This document shows, piece by piece, positions 1 through 13,957 of a stretch of DNA of 64,000 bases. The stretch is from NCBI RefSeq assembly GCF_036321535.1, contig NC_087437.1, positions 65,598,001 through 65,662,000 of the forward strand, read 5' to 3'. The stretch is from Camelus dromedarius. Taxonomy: Eukaryota. Each line of letters starts with the position of its first letter. Position 1 is the first letter of the stretch. The notes beneath the pieces were generated by a model. The model was not told the DNA's origin. It made no database searches and saw nothing but the letters and a program-made list of their open reading frames with translations. A program made the translations under genes and the position numbers.

Positions 1-2522
1 TCAAGGAATTAGAAAAAGAATAAATTAAGACCAAAGTTATTTTTTTTAAAAGGAAATAAAAAGGTCAGGGTGGAAATAAATAGATATAAGAAAGAAAATA
101 GAAAAAAAAATCACTGAAACTAAGACAGGGTTCTTTGAAAAGATAAAGAAAATTGACAAACCTTTAGCTAGACTAAGAAAAAAGAGAGAAGACTTAAATG
201 TATAAATTGAAGAAGAGACATGACACTTGGCTCCAGAGAATACAAAGAATCTTAAGAGGCTACTATGAACAATTATACATCAACAAATTGGATAAACTAA
301 AATAAATGGATAAATTCCTAAATGTAAACTATACCCAGAATGAATCATGAAGAAACAGAAATTCTGAACAGACTAACAATCTGAGGAGATTGAAGCAATA
401 ATCAAAAACCTCCCAACAAAGAAAAGCCCAGGACCAGATGGTTTCATTGTTGAATTCCACCAAACATTTAAAAAGTAAATACCAAAATTCCTCAAATCTT
501 CTCAAATTGAAGAGGAAGGAAGTACCCTCAAACTTAGTTTGGTATAGGCATTACCCTGATATCAAAACCAGACAAGGACAGCACAAGAAAATAAAACTAC
601 TTGACAATAATCCCTGAAGAACATAGATGCAAAAATTCTCAACAATATTCTAGCAAACTGAATGCAACAACACATTAAACTAATTTAGATACCATGATTA
701 ATTAGGATTAATCCCTGAGTGCAAGTATAGTTCAATATATACAAATCAACTCCATATTAACAAAATGAAGGATAAAAATCACATGATCCACTAGAAGATG
801 CAGAAAAATCATTTGACAATATTCAATACTCTTTCAGGATAAAAGCTCTCAACAAATTGGGTGTAAAGGGAACATACCTTAACAAATAAAGGCTGTATAT
901 GACAAACCAACAGCTGCTATCATACTCAATGATGTAAAGCTGAAAAGTTTCCCTCTAAAATCAAGAAGAAAACAACAGTGCTCTCTCCCAACACTCCTTT
1001 TCAACATAGTACTCGAAGTCTTAAGAAGAGCAATTAGGCAAGAAAAAGAAATAAAAGGCATCTAAATAATATAAGGAAGAAATAAAATTGTCTGTTTGCA
1101 TGTGACATGATATTATATTCAAAAAGCCCTAAAGATATGATCAAAATTGTTAGAACTAATAAATGAATTAAGTAAAGTTTTTGTTGATACAAAAATCAAC
1201 ATACAAAAATCAGTTGAATTCCTATACACTAACAACAAAATATCAGAAAGAAAAAAAAAACAGTATAATACCATATACAATAATAACAAAAACAAAATAC
1301 TTAAGGATAAATTTAACCAAGAAAGTGAAAGATCCATACAATAAAAACTGTAAAATATTGATGAAAGAAATTGTAGAAGACACAAACAAATGGAAAGGTA
1401 TTCTGTGTTCATGGATTGGAAGAATTAATATTGTTAAGATGTCTATTCTATTCAAAGCCATGTATATATTCATTGCAATCCCTATTAAAATTACAGAGAC
1501 TTTTTTTTTACATAAATGGGAAAAAATCCTAAAATTTGTATGGAACCACAAAAGATCCCAAGCAGCCAAACCAATCCTGAGAAAGAATAACAAAGCTGGA
1601 GGCATCACACTTCTTGATTTCAAACTATATCACAAAGCTACAGTAACAAAAACAGTATGATACTGAGGCAGAAACAAACACAAAGACCAATGAAACTGAA
1701 TCAGGAGACCAGAAATAAACCTACACATATAGAGTAAACTAATATTTGACAAGGGATCCTAGAATATACAATGAGGAAAAGGATATTCTGTTCCAATGAG
1801 GAACAGAATTCAATAAATTCTGTTGGGTGTTTTCTATACACAGAAATAAATATTCTCATGCAAAAGAATGAAATGGACACCTATCTTACACCACTCACAA
1901 AAGTAACTCAAAATAAATTAATGACTTAAATGTAATACCTAAAACTATAAAACTCTTAGAAGAAAACATAGGCAAAAATCTCCTTGACATTGGCTTTGTA
2001 AATGCTTTCTTTGATAGGCCAAAAAAAACCCCACAAGCAACAAAAGCAAAAATGAACAAGTGGGACTATATCAAACTAAAAAGTTCTGTACAGAAATAGA
2101 AACAATCAACAGAATGAAGAAGCAACCTATAGAATGGGAGAAAATATTTGCAAAACTTTTCAGGTAAGAGGTAAATATCCAAAATATACAAAAAATAATA
2201 CAACTCAATAACAAAAAAATAAAAGGCAAAGGACCTGAACAGACATTTTTCCAAAGAAGATATACAAATGGCCAACAAGTACATGAAAAGATGCTCAACA
2301 TCACTAATCATCAAGGAAATGCATATCTAAACTACACTTGTTAGAATGACTGTCATCAAAAAGGCAAGAGATAACAAGTGTGGGAGAGGATGTGGAGAAA
2401 AGGGAACACTTTTGCACTGTTGGTGGGAATGTAAATTGGTACAGCTGTTATGGGAAACAGTATGGAGGTTCCTCAAAAGATAAAAAATTGAGATACCACA
2501 TGATCCAGTAATTCTACTTCTG

Positions 2523-2524
<2 letters not shown>

Positions 2525-2556
<32 letters not shown>
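2525..2556. repeat. (TA)n microsatellite
   Basis: 16 TA units inside the L1. Confidence 0.95.
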
Positions 2557-2559
<3 letters not shown>

Positions 2560-2978
2560 TAAGGAAATGAAATCACTCTCTCAAAGACATATCTGTACCC
2601 CCACCATGCTCACTGCAGCATTATTACAAGAACCAAGACATGGAAACAAACTGTGTGCCTATCAACAGATTAATAGATAAAGAAAACATGGTATTTATGC
2701 ACACATACACACACACGGACAATAGAATATTATTCAGCCATGAGAAAGAAGGAAGTCCTGCCATTTGCAACAACATAGATGGACTCTGAGGGCATTATGC
2801 TAAGTGGGATAAGTCAAAGAAAAATACTGTAGAAGATGATTAAGTTCCAGAGATCTAGTGTACAACATTGTCACTATAGTTAAAATTACTGTATTATATA
2901 CTTCAAAGTTGTGAAGAAACTAGATCTCAAATGTTCTCACCACAAAAATAAAAAGGTAATTATGGGATATGACAGAGG

Positions 2979-3398
2979 TGTTTTGGAGGAGGTCATCAAG
3001 AGAATGAGACCACTAGTTTACCCAAGCATTTAGAGGCTCCACAGCCCTCCCCCTGTCCTTGGAATATACAGTCTAACTACAAGTCCCATTCTAGTAGCCA
3101 TTTCAAAGATGCAGTTTTGAAAGAGTAATGTATTGTTGAGACCATCCAGACTGAACACATGAATGAATCCAGCTAAGGCCTCTATGTAAACTTTCAAGAT
3201 TCTGGTGGACCACTGTGGTCATTTACCAGTCTCTCAGCCTTCCGAAAACAAGCCTTGTATATTAATTGCCTTGCTGATTAAAATTGCAACCTACCAATCT
3301 GGAATGGTCTGCCTCTTTCTTTGGCCTTTCCTTGCCCTCTGTTTATGGAGATCAGTTTTGAATTTTACCTGGGGAGATTCTGAGGCTGGGAACCAACA
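2979..3398 (+). mobile_element. Solo ERV LTR (420 bp) inserted in the L1 3' UTR
   Basis: TGTT...AACA termini and a 5-bp TSD, AGAGG/AGATG (1 mismatch). Removing it restores L1 'gacagatgttagctaa'. ATTAAA near 3278. Family not identified; strand inferred from the poly(A) signal. Confidence 0.7.
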
Positions 3399-3539
3399 AG
3401 ATGTTAGCTAATACTATATTGGTAATCATATAGCAATATGCAAATGTATCAGCACACTGTATATCCCAAATTTATACAATGTCGTATGTCAATTATATAT
3501 CAATTAAAAAAAGAATAAGAAAAAATAAGAGATTCTAAT

Positions 3540-5025
3540 TTACCTTTATTTCTTCTAAAATGCTTGTACCCATTAAACAGTAACTCTCCATTCCATTCTC
3601 CCTCCCCAGCCCTGGTAGTCACCATTCTAGTTTCTGTCTCTATGAACTGCACTACTTAAGGAATTTCATGTAATTAAATCATACAACATATGTCCTTTTG
3701 TAACTGACTTCTTTCACTAAACATGTCTTTTAGGTCCAATCATGTTGCAGCACGCATCAAAATTTTCTTTCATTATAAGGCTGAATAATATACCACCATA
3801 TATAGGTACATGTAAAACTTTTTAAATAATAGCTATCCTAATGAGTATGAAGTGGTATTTCATTGTGGTTTTGATTTGCATTTCCCTAATGTTGAGCATC
3901 TTTTCATATGTTTAATGGCTATTTGTATATCTTCTTGGAGAAATACCTATTCAAGTCCTTTGCCTATTTTTAAACTGGGTTTGGTTTTTGTTGTTAAGTT
4001 GTAGGAGTTCTTTACATATTCTGATTTCAATCCCTTATCAAATATATGATTTGTCAATATTTTCTCTCAATCTATAGGTTGCCTTTTCACTGTTACTAAG
4101 GTCCTTTGATGCACAGAAGTTTTAATATTGAAGAGTTCTAATGTATGTATTTTGTTCTTTGGTTGCCTATGCTTTGGACGTCATATCCAAAAATCATTGC
4201 AAAATCCAAAGTCATGAACTCTTCCTGTGTTTTCACTAAGAGTTTTTATAGATTTAGCTTTCACACTTAGGTCTTTGATCCATATTGAGTTAATTTTTGT
4301 ATGTGGTATAAGGTAAGGTTCCAACTCTATTATTTTGCATGTGGATATCTAGTTTTCCCAACACCATTTGTTGACCTTGTCCTTTTCCTATTCAATGGTT
4401 TTGGCACTCCTGTCAAAAATCATGACTGTGTACACAAGGGTTTAATTCTGGGCTCTCTATTCTATTTCATTGGTATATATGTCTGTCTTTGCGCTATTAC
4501 CACACTGGTTTGATCACCATGGCTCTGTATTAAGTTTCAAAATCAGGAAGTGTGAGACCTCCAACTCTGTTCTCTTTCAAGACTCTTTGAACTATTTGGG
4601 GTCCTGGGAAATTCTATGTGAAATTTAGGGTGGTATTTTTCTATTTCTGAAAAGAGTTTCATTGAGTTTATAGGGATTGCACTGACTCTAGATCACTTTG
4701 AAAGTACCAACAACATAACAATATTAAGTCTGCTAACCCATGAACATAGGATGTCTTTCTATTTATTGAGGTCTTAATTTTTTTCAGAAACATTTTGTAG
4801 TTCTCAGTGTACAAGTCTTTTGTCTCCTTGGTTAAATTTATTACTAAATGTTTTATTCTTTTTGATGTTATTGCACTCGGAATTGTTTTCTTAATTTCCT
4901 TTGCAGATTGTTCATTGTTAATGTACAGAAACATTTGGGGGTTTTTGCATGTTGATTTTATATCCTGCAGCTCTGTTGGATTCATTTATAAGTTTTAACA
5001 ATTTTTTTGAAATTTTCAGGGTTTC
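3540..5025 (-). mobile_element. Decayed L1 (ORF2 3' part plus 3' UTR)
   Basis: Minus-strand ORF2 remnant 4668-4985 (INLTKETKDLYTENYK); antisense L1 3' UTR motifs at 3560-3800. Confidence 0.85.
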
Positions 5026-5029
5026 TACT

Positions 5030-7180
5030 TCACTTGTGAAAAATAATTTCCTAGATATAGAATAATATGTTGCTGGATTTTTCTTTCAACACTTTATATA
5101 TTTCACTCTACTCTCTTCTTGCTTACATGGTTTCCAAAGAAGAGTCCACTGTAATTCTTATCCTTGTTCCTGTAATTGTAAGGCATTTTCCTTCTTATGG
5201 CTTCCTTCAACATCTTCTCTTTGTATTTGCTTATCTACAGTAAATATTACATGTCTTGTGCAGTTCTCTCTTTTGTTTTTATCCTTTTTGGTGTTCTCTG
5301 AGATTCCCTGATCTGTGATTTGGTGTCTATTATTAATTCTGAAAAGTTCTCAGCCACCTTTACTTCAAATATAGTTCTGTTCTTCTCACTCTTTCTCCTC
5401 TTTCTGGTAGTCCACTAACATTTGCTTTATATCTTTTGAAATTGTTAACACAGTTCTTGGATACTCATTGTGCTTTTTCTTCAATTATTTTCTCTCTCTA
5501 CTTTTCCATTTGGGAAATTTCTACTGACTTATCTTCAAACCCAATGTTCTTGCCCAAGTCTGGTCTATTGATAAGCTCATCCAAGGTATTCTTCATTTCT
5601 GCAGTGTTTTTGATTTCTGGCATTTCTTTTTGAATATTTCTTAAGAGTTTTCATCTCTCTGTTTACATTACCCATCTTACATGTTGTCAACTTCTAGACA
5701 TGTTAACTAATGTCTACATTAGAGCTCTTAGCATAGTAATCACAGTAATTTTAAATTCCTTATCTAATAATTCCATAATCTGCGTCATAGTTGAGTTGGT
5801 TATCACGCTTTCTTTATCTGTTTAGAGTGTATTTCTTATTCCTGCTTAGACTGCATTTTTTATTGTTTTTGGAATGCCCTGCAATTTTTTTGTTAAAAGT
5901 CAGACATGTTTCAATATGTTAACAATAACTGAGGCAAATGGCCCTTAGTGTGGGCATTCATGTTAATCTGAGTATTTGATGTTTTCTGTAGCTATATATG
6001 TCAGAAACTTCCAATTTCTCTAGTGTTTTTTTTTTCAGTTTTGTATTGAAATACAGTTGATTTATGGCATTGTGTTAGTTTCAGGTGCACAGCAAATTAA
6101 TTTGGTTTTACATATATACATATATACTTTTTAAAATTATTTTCCATTATAGCTTATGATAAGATATTAAATGTAGTTCCTTATGCTATACAGTAGGTCA
6201 TTGTTATGTATTCATTATATATATATGTATGTAGTATGTATCTGTTAATCCCCTAATCCTAATTTACCCCTCCTCCCCTTTCCCTTTGGTGATCGTAAAT
6301 TTGTTTTCTATGTCTGAGAGTCTGCTTCTGTTTTATAAATAAGTTCATTTGTACTATTTTTCAGATTTCACATATAAGTGATATCATGTAAAATTTATCT
6401 TTCTCTGTCTGTCTTTGTAATATCTTTGTTTTTATCTCTTCTCTTGACTTCAGACTTTTCTATTCCTTCTGAGTGCATCTAAATCTGTTATTATACTGGA
6501 GCCTGGTTAGTGTTGTGATAAGATTTGAAGAGGGGACGTGTTCAATAATATTTTGATTAAATCTCAGCCTGTGTGCCTGAAATGTGACCTTCACAAGTAT
6601 TTCTCAGGGAGAACAGTCTTTTCCCTCACATCGGAGAGACATGTAGGCTAAAGGGGCTAAAGTTGGAGAAATGGCCTTCCTCTCACCGGGATAAGGCTCC
6701 GGTAAAGTTTCTCCTCCAGGAAAACAGGTCTTTGTTATGTAAAATACTCTGGGGTTATTTCACAATGATTCTTATTCTCCCCTTTTCAGAGCCCTGAGGG
6801 GATCTTTCCCAGATCCTTACCTTGAGAACATGGTATATTTCCTGGAGGTAAAACCCATGAAAGTACAGGGCTTCCCCTAACACTTTGGCCCCCAGGAGTT
6901 TCTTGCTTTCATGTCAGCCACACATTCAGCATCCAACAATTTGGGGGGAAAAAAATCATCATTTGCGTGTTCCCTACCAACATACGGCTCCAGCAGCTTC
7001 TGTAACAGCTGTGACTCTCTAGATTTGCTGTTTTCTCCAGATTTTGGGTTGGAGGTATGCCCTGCAGCCCTATTTCTCTAATAGGTCCAGGAAAAGTTGT
7101 TGATTTTAGGTTTGACTAACATTTTATTTTTGTAAGGATGGGAGTGATAACTTCCAATCTCCTTTATGTAGAAGTTGAAA
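5030..7180 (-). mobile_element. Old L1 5' region/ORF1 remnant
   Basis: T-rich antisense ORF1-like sequence; resembles the reverse complement of 44860-46950. Confidence 0.65.
6025..6415 (-). mobile_element. Short L1 3'-end insertion nested in an older L1
   Basis: Poly(T) followed by an antisense L1 3' UTR similar to 24770-25240. Confidence 0.8.
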
Positions 7181-7184
7181 CCAG

Positions 7185-8110
7185 ATAGGGCATAAAACAA
7201 GCCTCAATACATTTAGAAGGATTGAAATCATATAAATTATGTTCTCTGACCACAATGGAGTGAAGTTAGAAATCAGTAACAGAAAGAAACTTGGGAAATT
7301 CACAAATATATGCAAATTAAAGAACACATCCCTAAATAACCAGTAGGTCCCTAAGTACCCAATAGGTCAAAGAAGTCACAAGGTAATAATTTTAGATGAG
7401 TTAAAATGAAAACACAACATAATAAAACACAGGGATACAGGCAAAGCAGTTCTTAAATAGAAATTCAGAGCTGTAAGCATCTATACAAAAACAAACTCAT
7501 TTCAATAACGTAATATTGCATGATGTGAAACAAAAGCAGAGCAAACCAAACCATTTCAAGAGTCAATTCATCAAAAGAACTTAACAATCTTAACTGTTCA
7601 TACAGCTAATAGCAGATCTTCAAAATACATGAAATAAAACAAAACTAATAGAACTGCAAGGATAAATAGATTAGTCTAGAATTATAGTGGAAGATTTCAA
7701 TACCATTCTCTCAGTAATAGATAGAAATAGATAGAAATCAGCACAAATAAAGATTTGAATAACACTACCAATCAATTTTACCTATGATATTTACAGAAAA
7801 ATCCACCCAACAACAGCAGTATATACATTTATTTCAAATGCACATTTAACATTTATCATGATAGACCATAGGCAGGGCCATAAAACAATCTTCAATTAAT
7901 TTAAGAGGATTCAGGTCATATAAGGTATATTCTCTAATCACAATGGAATTAAATTATAAATCAATAAAAGATCTCTAGAAAAATCTCTCGTATTTGTAAA
8001 CTAAATGAAACACGTATAAGTAGCCCATTAGTAAAGAAAAGAAATCAAGCAGAAATTAGAAAATAGTTTAAGCTGAATGGAAGGAAAACACAACATATGA
8101 AAATTTAGGG
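7185..8110 (+). mobile_element. Old L1 ORF2 endonuclease-region fragments
   Basis: Degenerate EN-domain motifs (tctgaccacaatgga, gaagatttcaatacc). Confidence 0.7.
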
Positions 8111-8477
8111 ATGGAGAATTATAATTCTGCCAAGAAGGAATAGCCCCATTCCTCTCAGTTTCTGTCTCTTACAACTAAATACAAAAACAAAAACCCTGGG
8201 GTTAATAATACAAACAAGTACAAGGAAATTCTGAGATAAAAAGGAGGAGGAATGCTCAGGCACCTCAGGACTTGAGTTGCCTCAGCAGTGAGTTCCTTGA
8301 GTTTCCTTATTGTGTCCTATATACTCTGGACAGGGCACTGCAAAAGTCTCCAATCCAGGACCATCAACTAGCACAGGCAAAAAAAAAAAAAAAAAGACAA
8401 AAAAATCCAAGAAAAGGATGTTCTCCCAATCAAAGGATTGAGAAGAAGAGAGGCTAAAAACAAATTCTGGCATTACC

Positions 8478-9055
8478 CAAATCATACAACTCAACAGCAA
8501 AAAAGCAAACAATTCAAGTAAAAAATTGGCAGAGGCTCTGAATAGCTATTTTTCCAAAGAAGACATACAGATGGCAAAGAGGTACATGAAAAGGTACCCA
8601 ATATTACTAATCATCAGGGAAATGCAAATCAAAACCACAATGAGCTATCATACCTTACATAGGTTAAAATGGCTATTATCAGAAAGGCAAGAAAAAAACA
8701 AGTGTTAACAAGGATGTAGAGAAAAGGGAACACTTGTGCACTGTTAGTAAAAATGTAAACTGGTGCAGGTACTATGAAAAACAGTATGAAAGTTCCTCAA
8801 AAAGCTAAAAGAGAACTAACATACGATCCAGCAATTCTACTTCTGGGTATTTATCATAAGTAAACAAAAACCTAACTCAAAAAGGTATCTATACTCCCAT
8901 GTTCATTGCAGCATTATTTACAATAGTCAAGATATGGAAACAATAGTCAAGATATGGAAACAACCAAAGTGTCCACTGATGGATGAATGGATAAAGAAAA
9001 TGTGGTATAATATATATATGTAGATATGTGTGTGTAATGTGTGTGTGTGTATATA

Positions 9056-9086
<31 letters not shown>

Positions 9087-9602
9087 GAATGTTACTCATC
9101 CACATTAAAAGAATGAAATCCTGTCATTTGCAACAACACAGATGGACACTGAAGGCATTATGCTGACTAAAATAAGTCAGACAGAGAAAGAAATACTGTA
9201 TGATCTCACTTGTAAGTGGAATCCCAAAAACAAACAAACAAAAACACTAAACACATAAATACAGAGAGCAGATTGGTGGTTGCCAAAGGTGGAAGATGTG
9301 GGGTGGACAGACTCAGTAAATGCTTAAAAGGTCAAACTTCCATTATAAAATAAATAAAATCTGAGGATGTAATGCACAGCATCATGACTAGAATTAATAA
9401 TACTCCATAATATATTTGAAAGTTGCTAAGAGAGTAATCTCAAAAGTTTTCATCAGAAGAAAATTTTTTTGTAACTACATGTGGTGATGCATGTTAAGTA
9501 GACATACTTTAGTTGTCATTTTACAATATATACAGATACTGAATTATTATGTTGTACATCTGAACCTAATATAATGTTATATGTCAAATACACCTCAATT
9601 AA
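8478..9602 (+). mobile_element. 5'-truncated L1 (ORF2 C-terminus plus 3' UTR)
   Basis: [15 protein letters not shown]...[10 protein letters not shown] followed by a full 3' UTR. Contains a 20-bp tandem duplication at 8921-8960 and a TG/TA microsatellite at ~9010-9086. Confidence 0.9.
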
Positions 9603-12600
9603 AGAGAAATAAAATGATCCAAAAATATACTGTCTACAATGAACTCACTTCAAATACAATGACACAAGTTTAAAGTAAAAGATTGGAAATAGATATACCA
9701 TGCAAATGTTACTTTAAAAGAAAAAGTAGGAATGGCTATACTAATATCAGATAAAGTCAGTTTCAGAGCAAAGAAAATTACTGAAATTAAATGAAGACAT
9801 TACACAATGGTAAAGGGATTAATCAATCAGGAAGACATAATAATCCTAAATGTGTGTACAAAAATTACAAAGTCTCAAAATACAGAAAGTAAAAACAAAT
9901 GAAGCTGGAAAGAGAGATAAATACATCCAAAACTAGAGCTGGATATCCTAATTCACTCCACTCAGAATTTGATAGAATTATCAAACAGAAAATTAGCAAG
10001 AATATAGAACTCAACAACACAATCAACCAACAATATCTAGTTGATACATATAAAACATTCCATCAACAAGAAAAGAATGGATATGTTTTTCCAGAGTCTA
10101 TAGATAGAATATTCACCAAGATAGATCATACCCTAGGCCACAGAACAAATCTTAACAAATTTAAAAGAAGTTAAATCATAAAGAGTGGGTTTTCTGACCC
10201 TAATAACATCAAACTAGAAATCAATAACAAGAAAAATTCCAACACTTGTCAATTAATTAAAATACTTCTAAGTAATTCATGGCTCAAAGAAGCTTTGAAG
10301 GAATTTTTAAAACTATATATAACTAAATGAAAATTCAAATACATATATCAAAATTTATGGGATCCAGTTAAAGAGTGCTGAGAGAAGAAAAACACCAGAT
10401 ATATACCATAGAAAAGAGGGTATCAAATCAGTAACTTAGGTTCAAAAAACTAGGGAAAAAGAGCAAAATAAACTCAATGAAAAGTGAATAAAGGAAAAAT
10501 AAAGATAATACAGAAGAGATTGAAAATAAAACAAAATCAATTAAACAAAATGCTGGTTCTTTAAAAATATCAGTAAAATTTATAAACCACTAGTAAGACT
10601 GGCTACAAACTATTCAAATTTAACAGATAAAATAGAAAACTAAAATAGTCCTATAACTAATTTTTTTTCATTTTCATACTTTTCACTATAGGTTACTACA
10701 AGATATTGAATATAGTTCCCTATGCTATACAGAAGGTTGCTGTTTATCTACTTTATATATAGTAGTTAGTATCTGCAAATCTCAAAATCCCAATTTATCC
10801 CTTCCCATCCCCTTAACCCCCTGTTAACCATAAGTTTCTTTTCTATGTCTATGAGTCTGTTTCTGTTTTGTAAATAAGTTCATTTGTTTTCTTTTTTAGA
10901 TTCCACATGTAAGTGATATCATATGGTATTTTTCTTTCTCTTTCTGGTTTACTTCACTTAAATGACAATCTCCAGGTCTAACTATGTTGCTGCAAATGGC
11001 ATTACTTTATTATTTTTTTATAGTTGAGTAGTATTCCATTGTATAAATATACCACCTCTTCTTTATCCAGTCATCTGTTGATGGACATTTAGGTTGGTTG
11101 CATGTCTTGGCTATTATATATAGTGCTGCTATGAACACGGGTGCATGTTTCTTTTCAAATTAAAAGATCTATGCCCAGGAGTGGGATTGCTGGATCATAT
11201 GGTAAGTCTATTTTTAGTCTTTTGAGGAATCTCCTACTGTTTTCCATAACAGCTGCACCAAACTACATTCCCATTTAACACTATAGTAAGGATTTCCTTT
11301 TCTCCACACCCTCTCCAGCATTTATTATTTGTGGACTTTTGAATGATGGCCATTCTGACTGGTGTGAGGTAATACGTCATAATAATTTTGATTTGCATTT
11401 CTCTGATAATTAGCAATATTGAGCATTTTTTCATGTGCCTATTGGCCATTTGTATGTCTTCACTGGAGAATTGCTTGATTAGGTCTTCTGCCCATTTTTG
11501 GATTGGGTTGTTTGTTTTTTTATTATTAAGTTGTATGAGCTGTTTATATAGTCTGGAAATTAAGCCCTTATCAGTCTCATCATTTGCAAAAATTTTCTCC
11601 CATTCTGAAGGTTGTCTTTTTGTTTTGCTTATGATTTCCTTTGCTGTGCGAAAGTTTAAGTTTAATTAGGTCTCATTTGTTTATTTTTGCTTTTAATTCT
11701 ATTGTCTGGGTAGACTGCCCTAGGAGATTATTGCTAAGATTTATGTTAGAAAATGTTTTGCCTATTTTCTTCAAAGATATTTATAGTGTCTTTTCTTATG
11801 TTTAAGTCTTTAAGCCATTTTGAGTTTATTTTTGTGTATGGTGTGAAGGACTGTTCTAATTTCACTGATTTACATGCTGCTGTCCAGTTTTTCCAACACC
11901 ATTTGCTGAAGAGATTGTATTTACTCCATTGTATGTTCTTGCCTCCTTTGTTGAAGGTTAATTGACCATAAGTCTGTGGTTTTATTTCTGGGCTCTGTAT
12001 TCTGTTCCATTGATCCATGTGTCTGTTTTTGTGCCAATACCATGCTGTTCTGATTACTATAGCTCTGTAGTATTATCTGAAGCCTGGGAGGGTTATTCCT
12101 ACAGCTTCCTTCTTTTTCTTCAGTATTGCTTTGGCAATTCTGAGTCTTTTGTGATTCCATATAAATTTTACCTATAACTAATTTTAAAAATTGAATTTGT
12201 AATATAAAATCTCATAAAATAATCCCCAGGCCCAGGTACTTTCACTAGAAAATTCTTCCAAACATTTAAACAATTAACACCAATTTTACACAATCTCCTC
12301 CAGAAAACAGAAGTGCAGAGAACCCTTCTCAGTTCATTTTATGACACCAGTACTACCCCAATACCAAAACCAGACAAATACAAATAAAAAGCTAACTCAA
12401 AATGGAACCTGTATTTAAATATAAATTGTATAACTATGAAATTGTTATAAAAAATAAAATAATTAAGATCTAAGGTTAGGCAAAGAGTTCTAAAAGGTGG
12501 TACCAAAAAGTACAATCTATAAAGAAAAAAACTGATAAACTGGACTCTGAAAGGTCCTCTTAAGAGGGTGAAAAGAGAAGTCAAAGACTGGAAGAAAATA

Positions 12601-13450
12601 ACTGCAAACCATATATTTGACAAAAGACTAGTATCTAGAATATACAGGAATACCACAATGAGATATCCCCAGAAAATAATCAGAATGGCTACAATAACAT
12701 GAAATGCTGGTAATAATGCAGAGATACAGGATCACTCATACACTGCTGGTGGTTATATAAAATGCTACACTCTGAAAAATGGTTTGGGATCTTATCATAA
12801 AACTAAACATGCAAATATCATAAAGCCCCTGCAGCTGTACTGCTGTGTATTTATACCAAAGAAATGAAAATTTATGTTTACAAAAAAATATGTACGCAAA
12901 TGTATATACACAAATGTTCATAGCTTTTTAAATCATAATAGCCAAAACACTAGAAATTGAGATGTCCTTCAATAAGTGAACGGTTAAACAAACTGTGGTA
13001 CATCCATACCATAAAATATTACTTAAGAATAAAAAAGAACTATTGATACACACAACAACTTGGATGAATTCAGAGAATTACGTTGGATGAAAAAAGCCAA
13101 TCTCAAAAGATTATATACAGCATGATTCCATTTATATAACATTTTTAAAGTGAGAAAATTATTGAAATGAAAAACAAATGAGTGATTGTCAGGAGTCAAA
13201 GATGAGAGTGGGAGAATTGGAGAGACAGGATGTGGCTATAAAAGGGCAACCTGAGGAATCTTTGTGGTGATAGAAATGTTCTTTACCTTGAGTATATCAA
13301 TGTCAATATTCTAGTTGTGATATTATACTATAATTTTATAAGATGTTACTATTGGGGGTAATTGATGAAGAGTACATGGAACTCCTCTATGTTACTTCTT
13401 AACAGCTACAATTAAATCTACAATTATCTCAAAATTAAAAGTTTAGTGTA
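9603..13450 (+). mobile_element. Old fragmented L1 (EN region to 3' UTR), host of the 10665-12170 insertion
   Basis: ORF2 remnants (FTKIDHTLGHRTNLNKFK); the sequence resumes at 12186 after the TSD. Confidence 0.75.
10665..12170 (-). mobile_element. 5'-truncated younger L1 with a perfect 15-bp TSD
   Basis: TSD CCTATAACTAATTTT at 10650-10664 and 12171-12185; the empty site reads TTTTT/AAAA on the minus strand. ORF2 remnants ([28 protein letters not shown]). Confidence 0.93.
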
Positions 13451-13948
13451 AAAAAATGGGATGACACTAAAACACAATTTGGGAGGAAATTTACAGCCCT
13501 ACAGGTAAAAACTGGAAAAGAAGAAAGTTCTCAAATCAGTGACCTCAGTTTCTACCTTAAAACACTAGATAAATAAGATAAAATTAAACCCAATGTTAAT
13601 CAAGAGAAAAGAAATAAAAAAGATCAAAGACTCAATGAAATAAAATATAGGAAAATAATACAGAAAAGCAGTAAAACAAAAAGTTCATTTTTGTAAATTA
13701 GTACAATTGATAAGCTTCTAGCCAGACTAACCAAGAAAAAAGAGAAGACACAAATTACCAATATCAGGTATTTTTAAAAGAGACATCAATACTTATCTCA
13801 CAGGCATTAAAAATATGCCAGTAAATTTGCTGATGTGGGTTATTCATTTCTAAAGAAACAATAAACTATTTGGTCATAAATACTTCACTTACCTGAATAT
13901 TTAAGGAAATGTAATTGGTAATAATATAGCAAATAATGAACCAAAAAT

Positions 13949-13957
13949 TAAGGATAC
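13949..13957 (-). promoter_or_regulatory. U12-type (minor spliceosome) 5' splice site, GT subtype
   Basis: The intron begins GTATCCTTA. This matches the U12 consensus RTATCCTT and is a poor U2 (GTRAGT) site. Confidence 0.88.

Larger units (their letters stand above)
1..3515 (+). mobile_element. Decayed L1: ORF2 (RT to C-terminus) plus 3' UTR, L1MA-like; interrupted by an LTR
   Basis: ORF2 fragments (e.g. 1181-1660 [17 protein letters not shown]...[12 protein letters not shown]), an L1 3' UTR and an A-rich tail near 3505. Confidence 0.9.

Noticed and set aside
8921..8960. 20-bp perfect tandem duplication (also a ~38-bp imperfect one at 42569-42645)
   Set aside because: Simple slippage duplications with two units and no spacers; not a CRISPR-like array.
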